Made by a program: the position numbers and the translations under genes | Notes under the pieces: model-generated | What the model saw: only the letters and a program-made list of their open reading frames with translations | What the model was told of the DNA's origin: nothing | Database searches by the model: none | Part shown: in pieces, positions 13,806 through 48,705 of the stretch | How positions within the stretch are numbered: the first letter of the stretch is position 1 | How the letters are laid out: each line of letters starts with the position of its first letter | Source: Chrysomallon squamiferum | Taxonomy: Eukaryota; Animalia; Mollusca | Direction: 5' to 3' | NCBI GenBank assembly: GCA_012295275.1 | Contig: CM022675.1 | Coordinates: 14,446,001 to 14,510,000, forward strand | DNA: 64,000 nucleotides

Positions 13806-14530
13806 GTGTGTTGGCGTGTGAAGAGTTTCTGTGTATATGTCTACAAGTGTATGTGTCTGTCTGTTATGTGAGTATAAATGTAAGAGATAAAAGTAGTCAA
13901 TGTATTTTTTATGAGAAGGTTTGGTATATCATAAATATTTTTTATGTAATTATCTTTACTTAAGGCATGTATAAAGAAATTTCAGGTAATTCAAAGTACA
14001 AACCAATCGATAATCTGTTTCGTGTTTAATATAATTTTTTTTTTTTTTGAAATTATTAACTGTTTTTATTAATAATTTGCATAACTCATTTAAATATGAT
14101 GGTTGACACTAACACTGTTTAATATAGTATCATCGTCGTCGTCGTTGTTGTCGTACTTACTGTTGTTTTTACTATTATTACAACTATAACTACTATTACT
14201 TTTCTTATTATCATCATCATCATCATCATCATCATTATTATTATTATTATTTTATCTCATCATCATCATCATCATTAGTATGTTACTTTATGTATGTCTT
14301 TATTTTTTCGTACCTATTTTTCTATCTTTGTACTTTATTTTCTTTCAGTCTCCATAATAGAAAATTTCCGGAGTGTTTTTGAATTATCAACCAGGACTGT
14401 GTTTCATCATGCAACTGTTCCTCCGACAGAAGAAACGACGACAGAAGACATTTGTATAATTCTCTGTCAGATGCAGGTCGGAGGTCACGCCTGTTACTGC
14501 AGCATGCCGGGATTTCCTGGCCGGAAGTGA
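13450..14530 (+). CDS. Uncharacterised secreted cysteine-rich peptide precursor with C-terminal amidation signal (2 exons: 13450-13624, 14349-14530; 118 aa)
   Basis: A phase-1 GT-AG intron (CCAG|gtattt ... ctttcag|TC) joins two unique ORF pieces in frame: MESLGVLWRVLVLAVIISKTRSSRIPCQHVCSTSTDVNSKMYHVCACGDPARARQQFPVSIIENFRSVFELSTRTVFHHATVPPTEETTTEDICIILCQMQVGGHACYCSMPGFPGRK*. It has a hydrophobic N-terminus, 8 Cys in two Cx3C...CxC units and a terminal GRK. Confidence 0.8.
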
Positions 14531-14818
14531 CGTTTAGTTATTTCATAATTAAAAGCTCCCACGGCCATTTTTTGCTTGAATCTTTACAGAAATCGATGAA
14601 ATAAATTGGTTTAGGATTTAAAGTTTAACTGTGAATGGTTTTTATTTAACTGTATATGTAGATACAGTTAATTTACTATTATTTCATTACTACTACTACT
14701 ACTGCTACTACTATTACAACTACTATTACTACTACTGCTGTTATCATTATTTATTTACTTATTTGTTTACTTATTTATTTAGTTTTTGTTATTTATTATA
14801 ATTATAATTATAATTATA

Positions 14819-14851
<33 letters not shown>

Positions 14852-15022
14852 TTAAAAAAAATTATTTTACTTTTTTATTAATAATAACACAAAACTATTT
14901 TTTGAACTTCCTATTAGGCAAGCTCAGATATAACCCCATTTTTTTTTTTTTAAATATATACTATATACCTATTTTGTACGATAGTTTTTTTTAATTAGTG
15001 TTTGTTACACACAAGACTAGTC

Positions 15023-15212
15023 AGTAACAAAGATATCGTACTGCAATTTGATCATAACAACCACACGAACTTTTATCAATAAAACTTTACTACAGACACT
15101 CCCTGTCAACGTGTAGATAACGAAACAACCTTGACGTAGTCGACGTCGTAACTTCACACATTCGGTGAAATCAGAAGTTTTCACAGTCCACGTGAGTAGC
15201 AGGGAACAGTTA
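15023..15212 (-). repeat. Right arm of a long inverted repeat (partner 9301-9488)
   Basis: See the left arm; core ACCTTGACGTAGTCGACGTCGTAACTTCACACA. Confidence 0.92.
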
Positions 15213-16614
15213 TCATAACCAGTTGTTGAAAGATTCATGTTTAAAGTATTCAACACCGCGGCTGCTGAATGCTGAAATAAAATTTATCTCTACTCTGCGT
15301 ATATTTTGTCTGTGTACGTTTGACAATTTCGTGTGTTAATAGATTTCTGAGTTTGTATGTACATATATATATATATAGTGTGTGTGTTTCTCATTTATTA
15401 ACAACACTTTAAAATGAATGATTCTCAACCATTACCTATCTATCTGTCTTTCTGTCTGTCTATCTATCTGTCTATCTGTCAATCTGTCTATCTATCTCTA
15501 TTTATTCTTCTGTCTATCCCTCTGTCTGTCTGTCTGTCTGTCAGTTTATTTATTTACTTATTTACTTACTTACTCACGTGTTTCTTTATTTTGGTATAAT
15601 GACAATGTAATGAAGGAAACTTACTGACTACTTTTGTCGATTAGCAGTAAAGGATTTCTTTTTTGTTGTTGTTGTTTTTACATATTTCTACCCCTAAAGT
15701 GTAGTATGAGATTAGCTGGATCGGGAAATAGCACTCGAGAAGTACCAAGTAGGAATAATCCTACGTCATATGACGGTAAGATTATATTGAAAGAAAAAAA
15801 GAGAAAGACTGAAGAAAAGATTGAAATAGAAAAAAAATGAAGGAACGGAAAAGTGAAATAATAAAAATAATATATTATAAACACAACAGATGATTACCTT
15901 TATAATTCACCTCTGTAACTAGGGCGTATTTACTAAACCTTTCAGAATTCTTATCTCAAGAAAGTGAATAAAAGCAGATGTAGATATATTTCTAGCTTTA
16001 GTAAGTTGTCACTGCCAAACAGCGTTTTGCAAAAAGCTAGAAAAACTTGGCACCTGGCAATAAAATATTGGTAACAACTTTGTTGTGTGTATGCCAACAT
16101 AACGAGTTTTCGTCACTTCTGTTGCTTAACCGACGAAAGCAAAAACGACGTGTCTGATACTAAGGGAGATAAGCGAAACAGTTGTTTCCTCTTTTCCAGG
16201 CCGCTTGTTATCTGGAGAAATCTCGTTTAGCGGCTGAGAAACATGAAACAATTAGCAGACGTAATTCGGAAAACGTCTCGAGAATGCAGGCGACATAGCT
16301 ACGTGACAGAGAACATTGCATGATGGGATAAGTGGCAGTTTGTTGAAGACTTTGCTTGTTTCTTCACAAACAGCCGTATGGTGGTGACAAAAATGGCTGC
16401 TTATCTTTTAAATATGATCAAAACGTTTTGCCCGAGACCTCACAAGTTACGTGTTTACTGGAAACTATTATATTTCTTGCATGTTTTTCTGTTTACTTGT
16501 TTATTTATTTATTTACTAAAACATGTTCATAATACTGATATCTATAGTTCATTAATAACCCAGATATATGTTGTTGTTAACAACTATTTGAAGGTAAAAT
16601 AGAATGGAAGAATC

Positions 16615-16711
<97 letters not shown>

Positions 16712-17275
16712 GCAGAGAGAGATATACAGAGAAAAAGAGACAGACAGATAGAGAGCGAGAGAAACAGGAGAGGAAAAGAGAGACAGAGAGAAAAAAGAGT
16801 CATGCAGAATATTCCTTATGGCAATTATAAATTTAATTTGAAAAAATTATTTTACTTTTTTTTTTGTTAATAATAGCACTGCATCATCTTTTGAACTTCC
16901 TTCTTGGCACGCGCAGGTACCAAAGAAGAAAAAAATATGTATATAAAGTCCCAAAAGATTAAAAGGCTGGAAGATGAAATGAATTTCCACATATATATTT
17001 GAAATATGCTTTAAATTAATTAATCAAACTATAACTTGAAAGCAAACCTCTGTCACCTCGTTTCTCCTGCGGCAAATATATAGTAATCGTACCTGTCACT
17101 CGTATATGTGAAAACTTAATGAAGCGTATAAGTACTTCTTTATTAATCAGCCTGTCTGTCTCTCTGCATGTCGTTTTTATACGTCTGCTTTTTCTTTGTC
17201 ATTTCTGTCTGTCGTTTCTGTCTGTCGTTAATTTAATAATTACAATAATTGTAAAATACACACTTTCACACGTGC

Positions 17276-17316
<41 letters not shown>

Positions 17317-17656
17317 TATATATATCTGTGTGTGTATGTGTGTATCATATAAATACAAAAAAAATATATAAATGGATATATACGTACATACATACAAACA
17401 AACATTCATATATTTCATACATTCATGGATATATACAGCCATACTTACCTATACATGTATACATAGAAACATAACATACGTACATACATATATACATACA
17501 TACATACATACATACATACATTTATACATACATATATACATACATACATACATACATATTTACATACAAACATACATACATATATACATGTGCATATGTG
17601 TCTCTTTGTCGATATATCTAAGCATGCAAAATATAAGTTATATGAAAAATAGCACA

Positions 17657-17698
<42 letters not shown>

Positions 17699-20292
17699 AC
17701 ACGAACACACACACATACATGCGCGCGCATTTTCGAAAATATGTGGGTGATATTACATAATTACCGGAAACGTTTTCACGTTTCGTTATCCTTGAGAATC
17801 TATATACAGCATTTAAAAGAGTTAATTTTGTCTGAAACTTGAAATTAATTGATCAGTTCAAATTTGGTTTAGGGCGAACTTGTCAATCATTAAGTTAGAG
17901 TCATGTTATTACAGGTAATCTGTATAAAAAAATACACACCTGTAGATTTTAAATCAATTAATTAACGTTCTTGTTGTTGTGCATGTATGATTTTTAAAAC
18001 AACAACAAGAACAAAACAATAACAACAACTATAAAAATAACAATAACAATGATCGTGATGTTGTTGTTATTGTTATATAATTATTAATACTGTTGTTGTT
18101 GTTGTTGGCGAATGTGAATTTATTTTCTATCAAAATATTTGTTGATTTAATTAGTTTATACCTGATTGTGAAATAAACATAGCATCAACATAATCTAACC
18201 TCAATAAATGTTGTTTTACTTATAAGGTTACAGTGTAAATGCGCCTTTAGTTTTGAACAGACTTGTTTTCATCTATTCACAGCCTCACCACGCCTGTCGA
18301 AATAGTGACAATTTTAATGTATATTTTTTTAACACTGTACAAGATAACACCCTAGAGTCACAGTGTTTTGTAATTAATATATTCAAAGATGAATTATGGG
18401 TACTTTTCGCTGTTTTCGTCTGAAGTTCATGGTGGTTTATGTCATGATATTGTTGAAATTTCATCTACATATTAATACAGTAACAGCGAATCACTGAGTA
18501 CATTCACGTCAGAATTAAGTATTTCTATAAATCACTCAAAGTTAAATTGAGTATCACTACGTAACGTATTACACAAACCTGGTCTCCTTTGCGTTTGAAG
18601 AATGATTGCATTCAACCCGATCTTAATTTATCGTTATATGGCATCATACATACATGTGATTAAGAATAATGAATGCAGAAAGGAAAAGAAAAAAGAAAGA
18701 AAAAAGAGAAAAATTAAAGAAGAAATTAATTTTATAAAAGAGCAATCAAATGATAAAGAAGAAAAGGAAACACCAGAAAATAATAACATGAAATAAAACA
18801 CAAATGAAAAAGAAAAGATACGTTTTTTTTATTCTGTAACTACTACTACTACTTCAGCTACTGCTGCATGTATTACTATTACTACTATTTCCACTACTAC
18901 TATTTCTTCTAATACTACTTCTACTACTGCTACTATTGCCGCTGCGGCTGCTGCTACTACTACTACTACTTCTACTACTGCTGCTGCTTTTGCTACTATT
19001 ATTTTTACTACTACTACTGCAATTACTAATACCACGACAACCATCACCCCGCTGACAGTGTTGATGTAAGTATTAGAAGTACAACTACTACCAGTGTGCT
19101 ACTTCTATTACTACAACTACTAGTTCTAATAGAATTTCTTCAACGACTTTTGACCATGACCTATAACTAGATCCACTGTCACTATAAAATCACTATTTTC
19201 AACAAAAATATCATTAGAAAAGTACATTTTAAATTTAATTATAGTCAAGCATATTTAAACTTTCTTTTTTTAAAGAATAAATGAAATATATGGAAATACT
19301 GTATGATATATGCTACTGTTTTTAAATTACTATTAACGAAGTAATAAAAGTTAAAAATACATATGTCTAAAGATGAAGGAAATGATTTTATAACCATTAT
19401 TTGCATCTTCTTTTCAAAACTATATAATTTGAAATATAAGTCATTTTTCACCGTCAATCAAGGGACATTTATCGCCTTCTAACCGTGATACGCATCAGGA
19501 CTGATGTCTACCTTAGCGCGCGGACCGACAGGTGAGTTTTCGAACTTGCAATTGAACGTCATAGTTATTGACACTATCGCCCTCTACATCTCAGCTAATT
19601 ACAAGAACGACAATCAGTCTTGTTCGGCTACAAAGATATCATCTTCATTGTGAACGGGCGGTGAAAACGCTATTAACATACACCATCATTCGAGAGGTGT
19701 GCGACGCGAAACAAGATCACGGTTCAACAGGCTTGGATAATCGAGTCAGGAGTCTCCATTGTCTCGAGGTGTAAGACGTGTCAGAAAGAAGAGTTATGGT
19801 TCCTGCGCGCAGTCCCGAATAAAGGTTTGGAATGGATGCTTCTCTGGCTAAACACGCAGTCGACAATTTTTATTTCCAGATCGAATATCCGATATTAAAA
19901 TGGGACTGCTTGTTGTCGTGTTGACGGATGGGGTAATCTTCATTATTATACACATTGACTCTACACGACGCTTGCAAATTATGGCCAAGAGTTTAATACC
20001 GATTCGCTTTACGAGAGAGTGCTTTTTCAGAAGGGAGGAGTTGCGAATAACAATCTCTAATTTTGTCCGTGGTGTCACAGCGTTTAAAAGTTGTGAAACT
20101 ACAGTTGTCACTGCTTAATGACTGTTTTAATGCATGTCTTTTTCATCGTCTGTCTGTTTATATTTCTCGTTTCCCCTAGTACTCTTTATCTCTCTTTCTG
20201 TGTGTCTGTCTGTATCTAAGTCTCTCTCTCGCTCTGTCGTTCAGCTTTCTCTGTATACTATCTCCTTCTGTTCCTCTATCTCAATCTCTCCT

Positions 20293-21876
<1,584 letters not shown>

Positions 21877-22926
21877 GTATGTTAAAACAATTATTAATCA
21901 ATTATACTATCGTTTCTCAACATTTAAATCCTGGGACATCCTGATTAAGGTGTAATAATTATGGCAATGATGGTGCTTAGTCTTTTCAGAGGTGTTGCTC
22001 TTTTTCATCTCAGACTGAATTGCATGAGGCAGGTAAACCATTTGATGTGATGCATGTGTCTACAAGTTAAAGACTGACAACAAAGCATGGTATTTTGTTT
22101 AACGATAATTTGACGAACAGATGGATATTGTTAATGAAATCCCACCGCTATCAGTCAGCTAACCATTTTAAAATCATATATAGGACGGTCTGCTGGCCAG
22201 ATTTGTCAGTGGCCATAAAAGCTGCCTCACCGCCGAATTACGATATGCCGAAAAGAGGAACGAGGCTATACTTTACGACCATGAATTATCAGCAATTAAT
22301 TCAAGGTATTTATCAGTGCAGTGTTGTACGTATTCCGACACACCGCGAGGCTTTGCTTCCTTAATGTGTTGACACAGAGCACCAGCCGAGGTTTATTACT
22401 ACACCTAATTACAAAGCGAACATCATAAAACTGCTGTTTACTGTTGTGGCATATTAATATGGTCGCCGGCAGAGCGGGTGGCGGTTGGAACAAAACACGG
22501 GTTAGGACTAGGTGTTCGGAGTCTGATTCCGCCTGAACTAGAGCCATAAGTATCGAGTTACGACAAAATAAATGACGCGTCCTTGCCGCGATTGCGTTTC
22601 TTTCATTGCAGGCTAACATTAATGTGAGTTATATTGGTAGAAAGTAACTCAGCTTTAACACAAATCTGATCACGTCTTCGAGGACGGCTGTTTCATTCTG
22701 AAGATACTAATCGCAGTTTTGTTCGACTGACTTTTATTTCTTAGTTGATATAGAACGGCGACTGCTATAAAAATATTCAGTTGCGATGAATATCTGACTG
22801 TAAACTTTAATTGTTATATACGAGAATTTTGTATTAGTAATACGATTTTCATAATAAAAAAGTCTTACACAGACACATAAAAACACAGACTTACATTCAC
22901 GGAGGGATACTAGTTGTTGTTGCTAT

Positions 22927-23000
<74 letters not shown>

Positions 23001-23021
23001 TTACTACTAGTACTACCACTA

Positions 23022-23070
<49 letters not shown>

Positions 23071-23466
23071 TAAATTATTGTGTTTGTATTACAGATTACA
23101 TTAGTTATGTCATGAGTTCAGATTAAATGACAAAAGCTTCTTCTTTCTCTTTCTTTCCCTCTCTTTCTCCTTTCTCACTCTTTCGTTCATTCGCTAACTC
23201 TATCTGTCTGTGTGTTTGTCTATGTATGTGTGTCAAATATCGATAAATTCGTAATTACTGTCATAATTTCATATCTAAAGAGGTAAAGAGTTATATGCAC
23301 ACAAAGAATTGTTATTTATTTTTACAAATTATATCAGTATTAATTTTGATTTACTGATTAATCTGACAACTCGATGTAGAATTATGATTTACATATCGTC
23401 ACTTTGTTAAGAAAATGACAATACTGCCATGCTTTTGTTTCTTTAGATTACTGAATGTCGCGTCGT

Positions 23467-23563
<97 letters not shown>

Positions 23564-24540
23564 TCCAAATAAATTAAATATCGTTTATAAGGAATCGTTA
23601 AAAAAGACGGGTAATGTCATTCAGACCTCTCTTTTAATTACTGTGTGTTGAATATCCGCTGTTGCTGTGATAATTTAAAAAAAAAAACATCAAATATAAT
23701 ATGCGAATGCTATTTACATATAAATGTTGTTTCGTAAAACCATGTAAACAAACAGAACATATGATAATGTAGAAATTACTTTCAAACTAGCTGCTGGGCC
23801 AGTATTCTCTCTCTCCCATGACTGGAAGTAGTATAAAGTAGTTAATTACTTCGCTTCAAGGTATTTCCGTTGACAGTTCATGTCCGTGTTGCAGCCAAAT
23901 GTCAGATACGTCAAATTTCTATCAATCACAACTGATTACAACCTGTCACGTGACGTCACCGATACTCGCCAATCGCTGGTTGTCCGTTCTGCTGACATCG
24001 TCGAGCGGAGCAGGTGATCGGTTATTAGTCTACGACCGATCTGTGACGTCACGCACATGAGTTCGTTCTCCAGTTATTGACACCAATTAGTACTAATGAT
24101 TCTTTTTTTTCCTGTGATATCTATAATTGATGAGTTTATTGATGACGGTTAATAAATATCCGTTAAAAGTGTCATTTAGCAAATTTTAAATTCACTTTGA
24201 AATATTCAGTTCTTTATATAATTATGTACACACCCATGTAAACGCATATTTGTATATGTAGATTACACAATTAAAATACACCCCCACATACATACGTACA
24301 TACATTACTTACATACATACATACATACATTACTTACATACATACATTCATACATACATACATACATACATACGTATACAAAAAATTACAAAAAATATGT
24401 ATTACGAAAAGTAAATTGACTGTATTTCTGCGCCATTATTATTATTATTATTATTATTTAAATTATTATTATTATTATTATTATTGTTATTATTATTATT
24501 ATTATTATTATTTAAATTATTATTATTATTATTATTATTA

Positions 24541-24575
<35 letters not shown>

Positions 24576-24767
24576 GTTATTATTATTATTTAAATTTTTA
24601 TTAGTAGTAGTAGTAGTAGTAGTAATACTAGTAACAGCAATAGCAGCAGTAGTAGTAGTAACAGCAACTGTGTTAGTAACAGTACGACTACTACTAATGC
24701 ATTATTTGTGCATTGACTTAATTTATTATTATTATTATTATTATTATTACTGGTAGCAGTAGTAGTG

Positions 24768-24798
<31 letters not shown>

Positions 24799-25196
24799 AT
24801 GTTGTTGCAGATGTAGTAGTAGATGTTGTTGCAGATGTAGTAGTAATAATAGCTGTTGCATTAGCAACAGTATTCTGCTAGATTAGTACCTAATATTTTC
24901 AACCTCTTTGTTGAAGTACAAAATATAATTATTGTCTAAAGTCAGATTATTTTCTGATGATTAAGAAACAGATGAGTTAAGTCCAAAGTCTTCCACTGTT
25001 TTGTCGTTGTTTTTGTTTTCGCTGCAAACTGGTGCAGGTAAGTTCAGTGTGTTGCTCGAGGTCGTTAAACCAAGGGAGATAATTCTGATTACTATTTCGT
25101 TGGTATCTACAGAGTTAATATTTCTGGTAAATAAGAAATGGAATTATTACTGTTATTATTAGTTTCATTATTTTCATCATTATGACCAGCATATTA

Positions 25197-25256
<60 letters not shown>

Positions 25257-26222
25257 TTATTATTCATCTTTATTTTTATGTTATTCTCATTAAGGTAATG
25301 TATTTTCTTCTACTTTAAAAAATTAGAACAAATACTGAAGACATGCACACAACCCCCCCAACACCCACACACGAACAAACACACACACACACACACACAC
25401 ACGAACAAACACACGCACACACACACATGAACACAGAAGAACAACACGAGTGTATTATTTCTAAATACTTTAATTCTGTAACTGACAACTTGTAAAACAT
25501 AACATGAGCTAAAACGTCACAGCTGGTAACAAACACGTGCACGTAACTCTTCTGTCACAGGCAAACGTAATTATTATCACGTGATATTACGTGTTATTAT
25601 TATACATAATGCACCACGCCTAGTATTATAGGTAAACAACACATATCTGTCTACACAGAAAACATAATAATAATATACATCTGCTAAAAAAAAAAAAAAA
25701 ATTAATATCGATTTGTATAATGAAATACTGAATTTCAACTATACACTGAAACACGATGCATTTCAGCTATACATTACACTTTAATTCGTCTAATCAATGA
25801 AATTTCAACTAATCAGTGAAATTTTAAATTTCAGCTGTAGAGTGTATACGTAGATTTCAGCTCTCTATAGCAAATACAGTGAAACATTCAGCTAGAAAGT
25901 GAAACACTGACTACCATCTACGACTGAAACATACAAAGTGTCCACACTATTTTATGTTTATATTTTTTATTTATCAAAAAAAAAATAACTCTTTCAGTTT
26001 GATGTAAAAGTAAATACGTCAAACAAACACCTTAATACACTAATATTATTTATTTAGTTTAGCTTATTTAATAATGCATAAATAAATGGTGAATAAAATA
26101 ACAAACGAACAAATAAATAGTTAATAATATTTTTCTATATCAGTAGTTCTAATACCTGATCAACAGTATTAACACACAACAAAACACAGCGTACTAAGAA
26201 ATAAAATAGATGCATATGGTTT

Positions 26223-26322
<100 letters not shown>

Positions 26323-26971
26323 TACATTTCGTTTATCACATCAAATATTATAATTTCACATAAAATCTATTCTATTTCATTCTATTTTATAAGTACATTT
26401 ATATGCTGTATATATATATATATATATAAATGCCATAGTATTGCAATATAGTTGCTGGAAACATCGATTCTATCCCGACTGGTCTATTTATAAAAGCCAT
26501 AATTTATTTTTTCCCCCGTAAAATGTGAAAATGAATGACCTCTGATAACAGTTGTGCCATATTCTCGATTCCCTCCCTTGAAAGTAATCATCCCACCCTT
26601 ATTTATATGAGTGAACGAATAAGTGGACTTGTATGTATGTGCGTGTGCGTTCATGTACTTATGTGTATTCTTACTGAAATATAGTATGCATTTGTATGTG
26701 CATGACTTTTGATTTTGCCAGTCCATGCACGTGAGCATGCGCATGCATCAGAATATTTATTTTTGTTGTAATAAACATAGTACATATTTGTAATGTCATG
26801 CATATTTAAAAGATCTGATGACGTCAACATATTCAAAACAAACTTTACTATCACTTTTCAACAGCTGAAAACAGACTCTCCAAGCCAGGTGCTAACTTGC
26901 CGCTCACTGGCTGATTTTTCATTTCCTTCATGATTCTAATGTTCTCTGGTTGAAATATTAACCAATCACGA

Positions 26972-45164
<18,193 letters not shown>

Positions 45165-46518
45165 TTTTTTACAAGTTATAATGCTTTTGGCGCTATTTTG
45201 AATTTGTAAATTTTTCTAGATTTATAACCAGTTTAGAATTCTAAACGAAGTAGCTTATAAATGATATAAAATTATAACTAACACGTTTTCTTTTTTTATA
45301 AAAAATGGAGTGTAAATATTACAGCCTCTTTGTTACAAGCAATGTCCAGCTAATACGTTTGATTGTTTTTGATAATCAACAAATTAAAAAAGACAGCTCA
45401 GCGTAGAGACATTCCACTCTTCTCCCAAGCGAATTACCATTCTACCGATACTTGTACTGCTGGTCATTTTCCTTTCACGAAAAACCGATAACTTAATTTA
45501 CAAGCCCGTCGAATAAAAAGCTCTGTAATCTGTTTCCACGCACCGCCTTCAATTTCACCTTTAAAATACTTTCACTAGCAGCACATCCTGATGTATAGAT
45601 CTTCCTTGTTCCAAGGAAATCCAAAAATAGTACAGAATTGTTGATTAATGCGACAAAATTCAAAATGAGGGAAGTATTTAGAAAAAGGAATCCAAGAATA
45701 ATGACAGAATTTAACAAAACGATGTACAAAATCCAAATATGCAGATAAATATTTGTCGTTACCAAACTCCTACGAAAATAAAAGAATTTTACCGTTAGCA
45801 AAATCCTTGAAGATCACAGAATTCTGTAAGACAGTATTAAAAATCTCGATCGAGGAAGGCCGCAGCTAAAATCAAAGAGTCCAGCCCAATGACTACAAGA
45901 GATACGTTATCACCGCTGCAGTGTTTCTGTGTTGGGCGAATGGCCATTATAGCCTGGTTCCGTCTGATTATCGGGAATCGATAAGTAAATCTGTGGTCAC
46001 AAGGCACATATTAGTTACTGGCTATTCCAGCCCTCTGACGAAATAATTTCATCGACCTTCTCGTCTAAAATTATACACACCATGCTTAGTTAGGTTTTTG
46101 TTTATTCATAGTCTAAGTAAGAGTCTTGCGCGCAAGAATATCGAAAACAAATAGTTGATGATTCTGTCTGAATGCGATTTTTTATGTGTCTGTATGTCTA
46201 TATGTAAATGGATATATGTTATTGGAAACGTGTGTGACTGTATTAATTAAATGTTCAGAAGATGCATCGCACAAGAGTATATCACTTCAGATTATTCTGT
46301 TATATCAACAGGCTGGTATTTGTTAGGTTTAAGTACGGCTGTAATAAATATGGTGTAAAACTGAACACCACACACACATCCTATAAAGATTTTAATATAA
46401 CACTGAACTAATGAATCCTTGGCATTTAAACATACTGTATTTTTATAAACATTAAAATGTCTTTTTTCTTTATTCCATTCTAAAATAATAATAATAATAA
46501 TAATAATAATAATTATTA

Positions 46519-46554
<36 letters not shown>

Positions 46555-47355
46555 TATTTCATAACCATCATTTTTTTTTCTCTTCTTCTAATTATTATTA
46601 TTTTAGGATGCGTTTAGAAGGTTAAGTTAATAATAATAATAATTATTATTATTATTATAATATACTTGATACAATTTTCAAAATAATAATAAAAAGAACA
46701 AGAAGAAATTTAATATTTTCCCATATACTATAATGAAAAAAAAGAGAAGGATGAATATAAAGTTCTTCTAGCCAAACTTAATTCTTCAATAAGACATTCA
46801 CATCAAAGTATTTTGTTTTATTTCTGTCTTTAAAAACACTTTCACGACATTTCGTCTCATTATTCCACCCACATAATCAGGACAGGCCTTGCGTGAAAAG
46901 ATCTTTTGAATAACGTTTGCTAACAGACAGAAAATAACTCTGTGCAACTGTTACATCGCTGTTGTTTAACTCAGGCGCAATCGATACGGTTACCAGTCAA
47001 TCAATCATGTTCGCGGAGAGGTTTGGAATCGTCGCTCTAGACAATAACACCACTAATTATCTTGGTTTCTTACAAATGAAACTAATTACACACAAACATA
47101 TTGATCATATCAGGTGTACAGCACAGCGTCAAATGTTTTGTATTCTGCTGTTAATGTAGCTTGAAACATCTGCCACGAATGGACAGATGGTGAAGGAACT
47201 GGTCCCTTGGCAGGCACGATTGCAGAGTCCGAGACAACTTTATTAACAAAAATAAACACGCAGTCAGCACCCGCTAATAAGGAGTTAACATTGTACCCTA
47301 AAAAACACAAATAGCTTTTGTTGTTACTAATCATTACAGTTCCGAATAAATTAAT

Positions 47356-48705
47356 GGGTCATTCCGTGTCAAATCACCCATATCTCAGGAACTACTGGGC
47401 CAATCTTCATAAAATTGGTATTGTTGAAAAGTTTTCCATACACTTCACAACAACTCCTTTTTCGTATGATGGCGTTGATAACACACATTTTCAGGAGAGT
47501 AAAAGCTGCAGTTAGCCCTGGACGAAATAAGGATTTTCAGTATTGGCCTGCACCTTCAATTTAATAGAACAAAGTCAGTGCTTTCCTAAATATCAAATCA
47601 AACCCTGAAACCCATTCAGTGAAGTTAAGCAGGTCATAAAATGGCAGCAGAGTAAATGTGTCATTGCCAAAGGCCTACAAGTCTTGGGCATTTAGGTCAA
47701 ACTTTTCAAGTATAAATCACAGTTATCAAGGTGAAGGTAGACCTTGTTCATACTGTGCCTAAGAATGGGTGTACAAATACATTATGCAGTACATCACTTG
47801 ATGACGTCTGATTTCAGACTGGGTTGTACTGTAGTTGACTGAAACCTTGTTCAAAACCAATGGCAAGGCCACATGATACGATAAAATGACGTAATAGGTT
47901 ACATATCAACATCTGGCATTGTGTCCAACCTGAAAGCTTCAGATTGTCAAAGAAATGCAGATGAAGAAACTTCTTTGTCTTAAACGTCTAATTGCCATTT
48001 GCTCAATGGGGATTGCACCAGGGGATTTAAAGGAGTTCCTGACCTGCCTGAAGCATCACTTCCTGTTAACCCTTTGAGCTTGATTGTGTAGAACATGTCA
48101 TGCCATTTGGCATATTTTCGTATCCTTCAGGCATTCCTTCAGACATGTCAGGTGGGTTTTAACTCCAAAGATGAGTTTTTGATCTCAGAGAAGTGTATAC
48201 ATGTAAAAAATGTACATTGTAATGCATTGTATTAATCATCCATGCAGGTATGCATTTTTAAAATATTACACCCAGGAAACTTTTATATGTTTTAGTTAAC
48301 ATGTGGGAGATTAAATTTCAATAAAGGTCATGTGATCCACAAGGTTAATTTCAAGGTCATAACAAAGGTCGAAAGTTAGTGTACCCCAGAATTTTCCAAA
48401 TTGAACAATAATTGCAGAGTTGGAATCATTGTCATATTGCCTTTTCAACGATACCAATTTTTGAGAAGATTGGCCCAGTAGTTACTGAGATATGAGGGTT
48501 CAAAGGTTGCTGGTCACACCTATTTTTATCAAAAATCTCAAAATTCGGGGTACCCATATCACCCACAACACTGATCCGACTGGCCTAAAAGTCAGATTTG
48601 GTGCTGTGGGATCCCAGTCAACAAGTATAAGAAGTTTCATAAAAATATGAGACAGTCAGGTTTAATTTGTTTTGTTTTTTGGGGTGATTTGACACAGAAT
48701 GACCC
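47356..48705. mobile_element. Non-autonomous DNA transposon with 24-bp terminal inverted repeats (GGG termini)
   Basis: Left end GGGTCATTCCGTGTCAAATCACCC (47356-47379); right end GGGTGATTTGACACAGAATGACCC (48682-48705), 1 mismatch. Flanks TAAT / TGAT may be a degenerate 4-bp TSD. No intact transposase ORF. Superfamily (Sola2 or PIF/Harbinger-like) not determined. Confidence 0.8.

Noticed and set aside
19450-20118. Overlapping 70-90 aa ORFs in a GC-richer island
   Set aside because: No recognisable motif or consistent exon structure; treated as a non-coding island.
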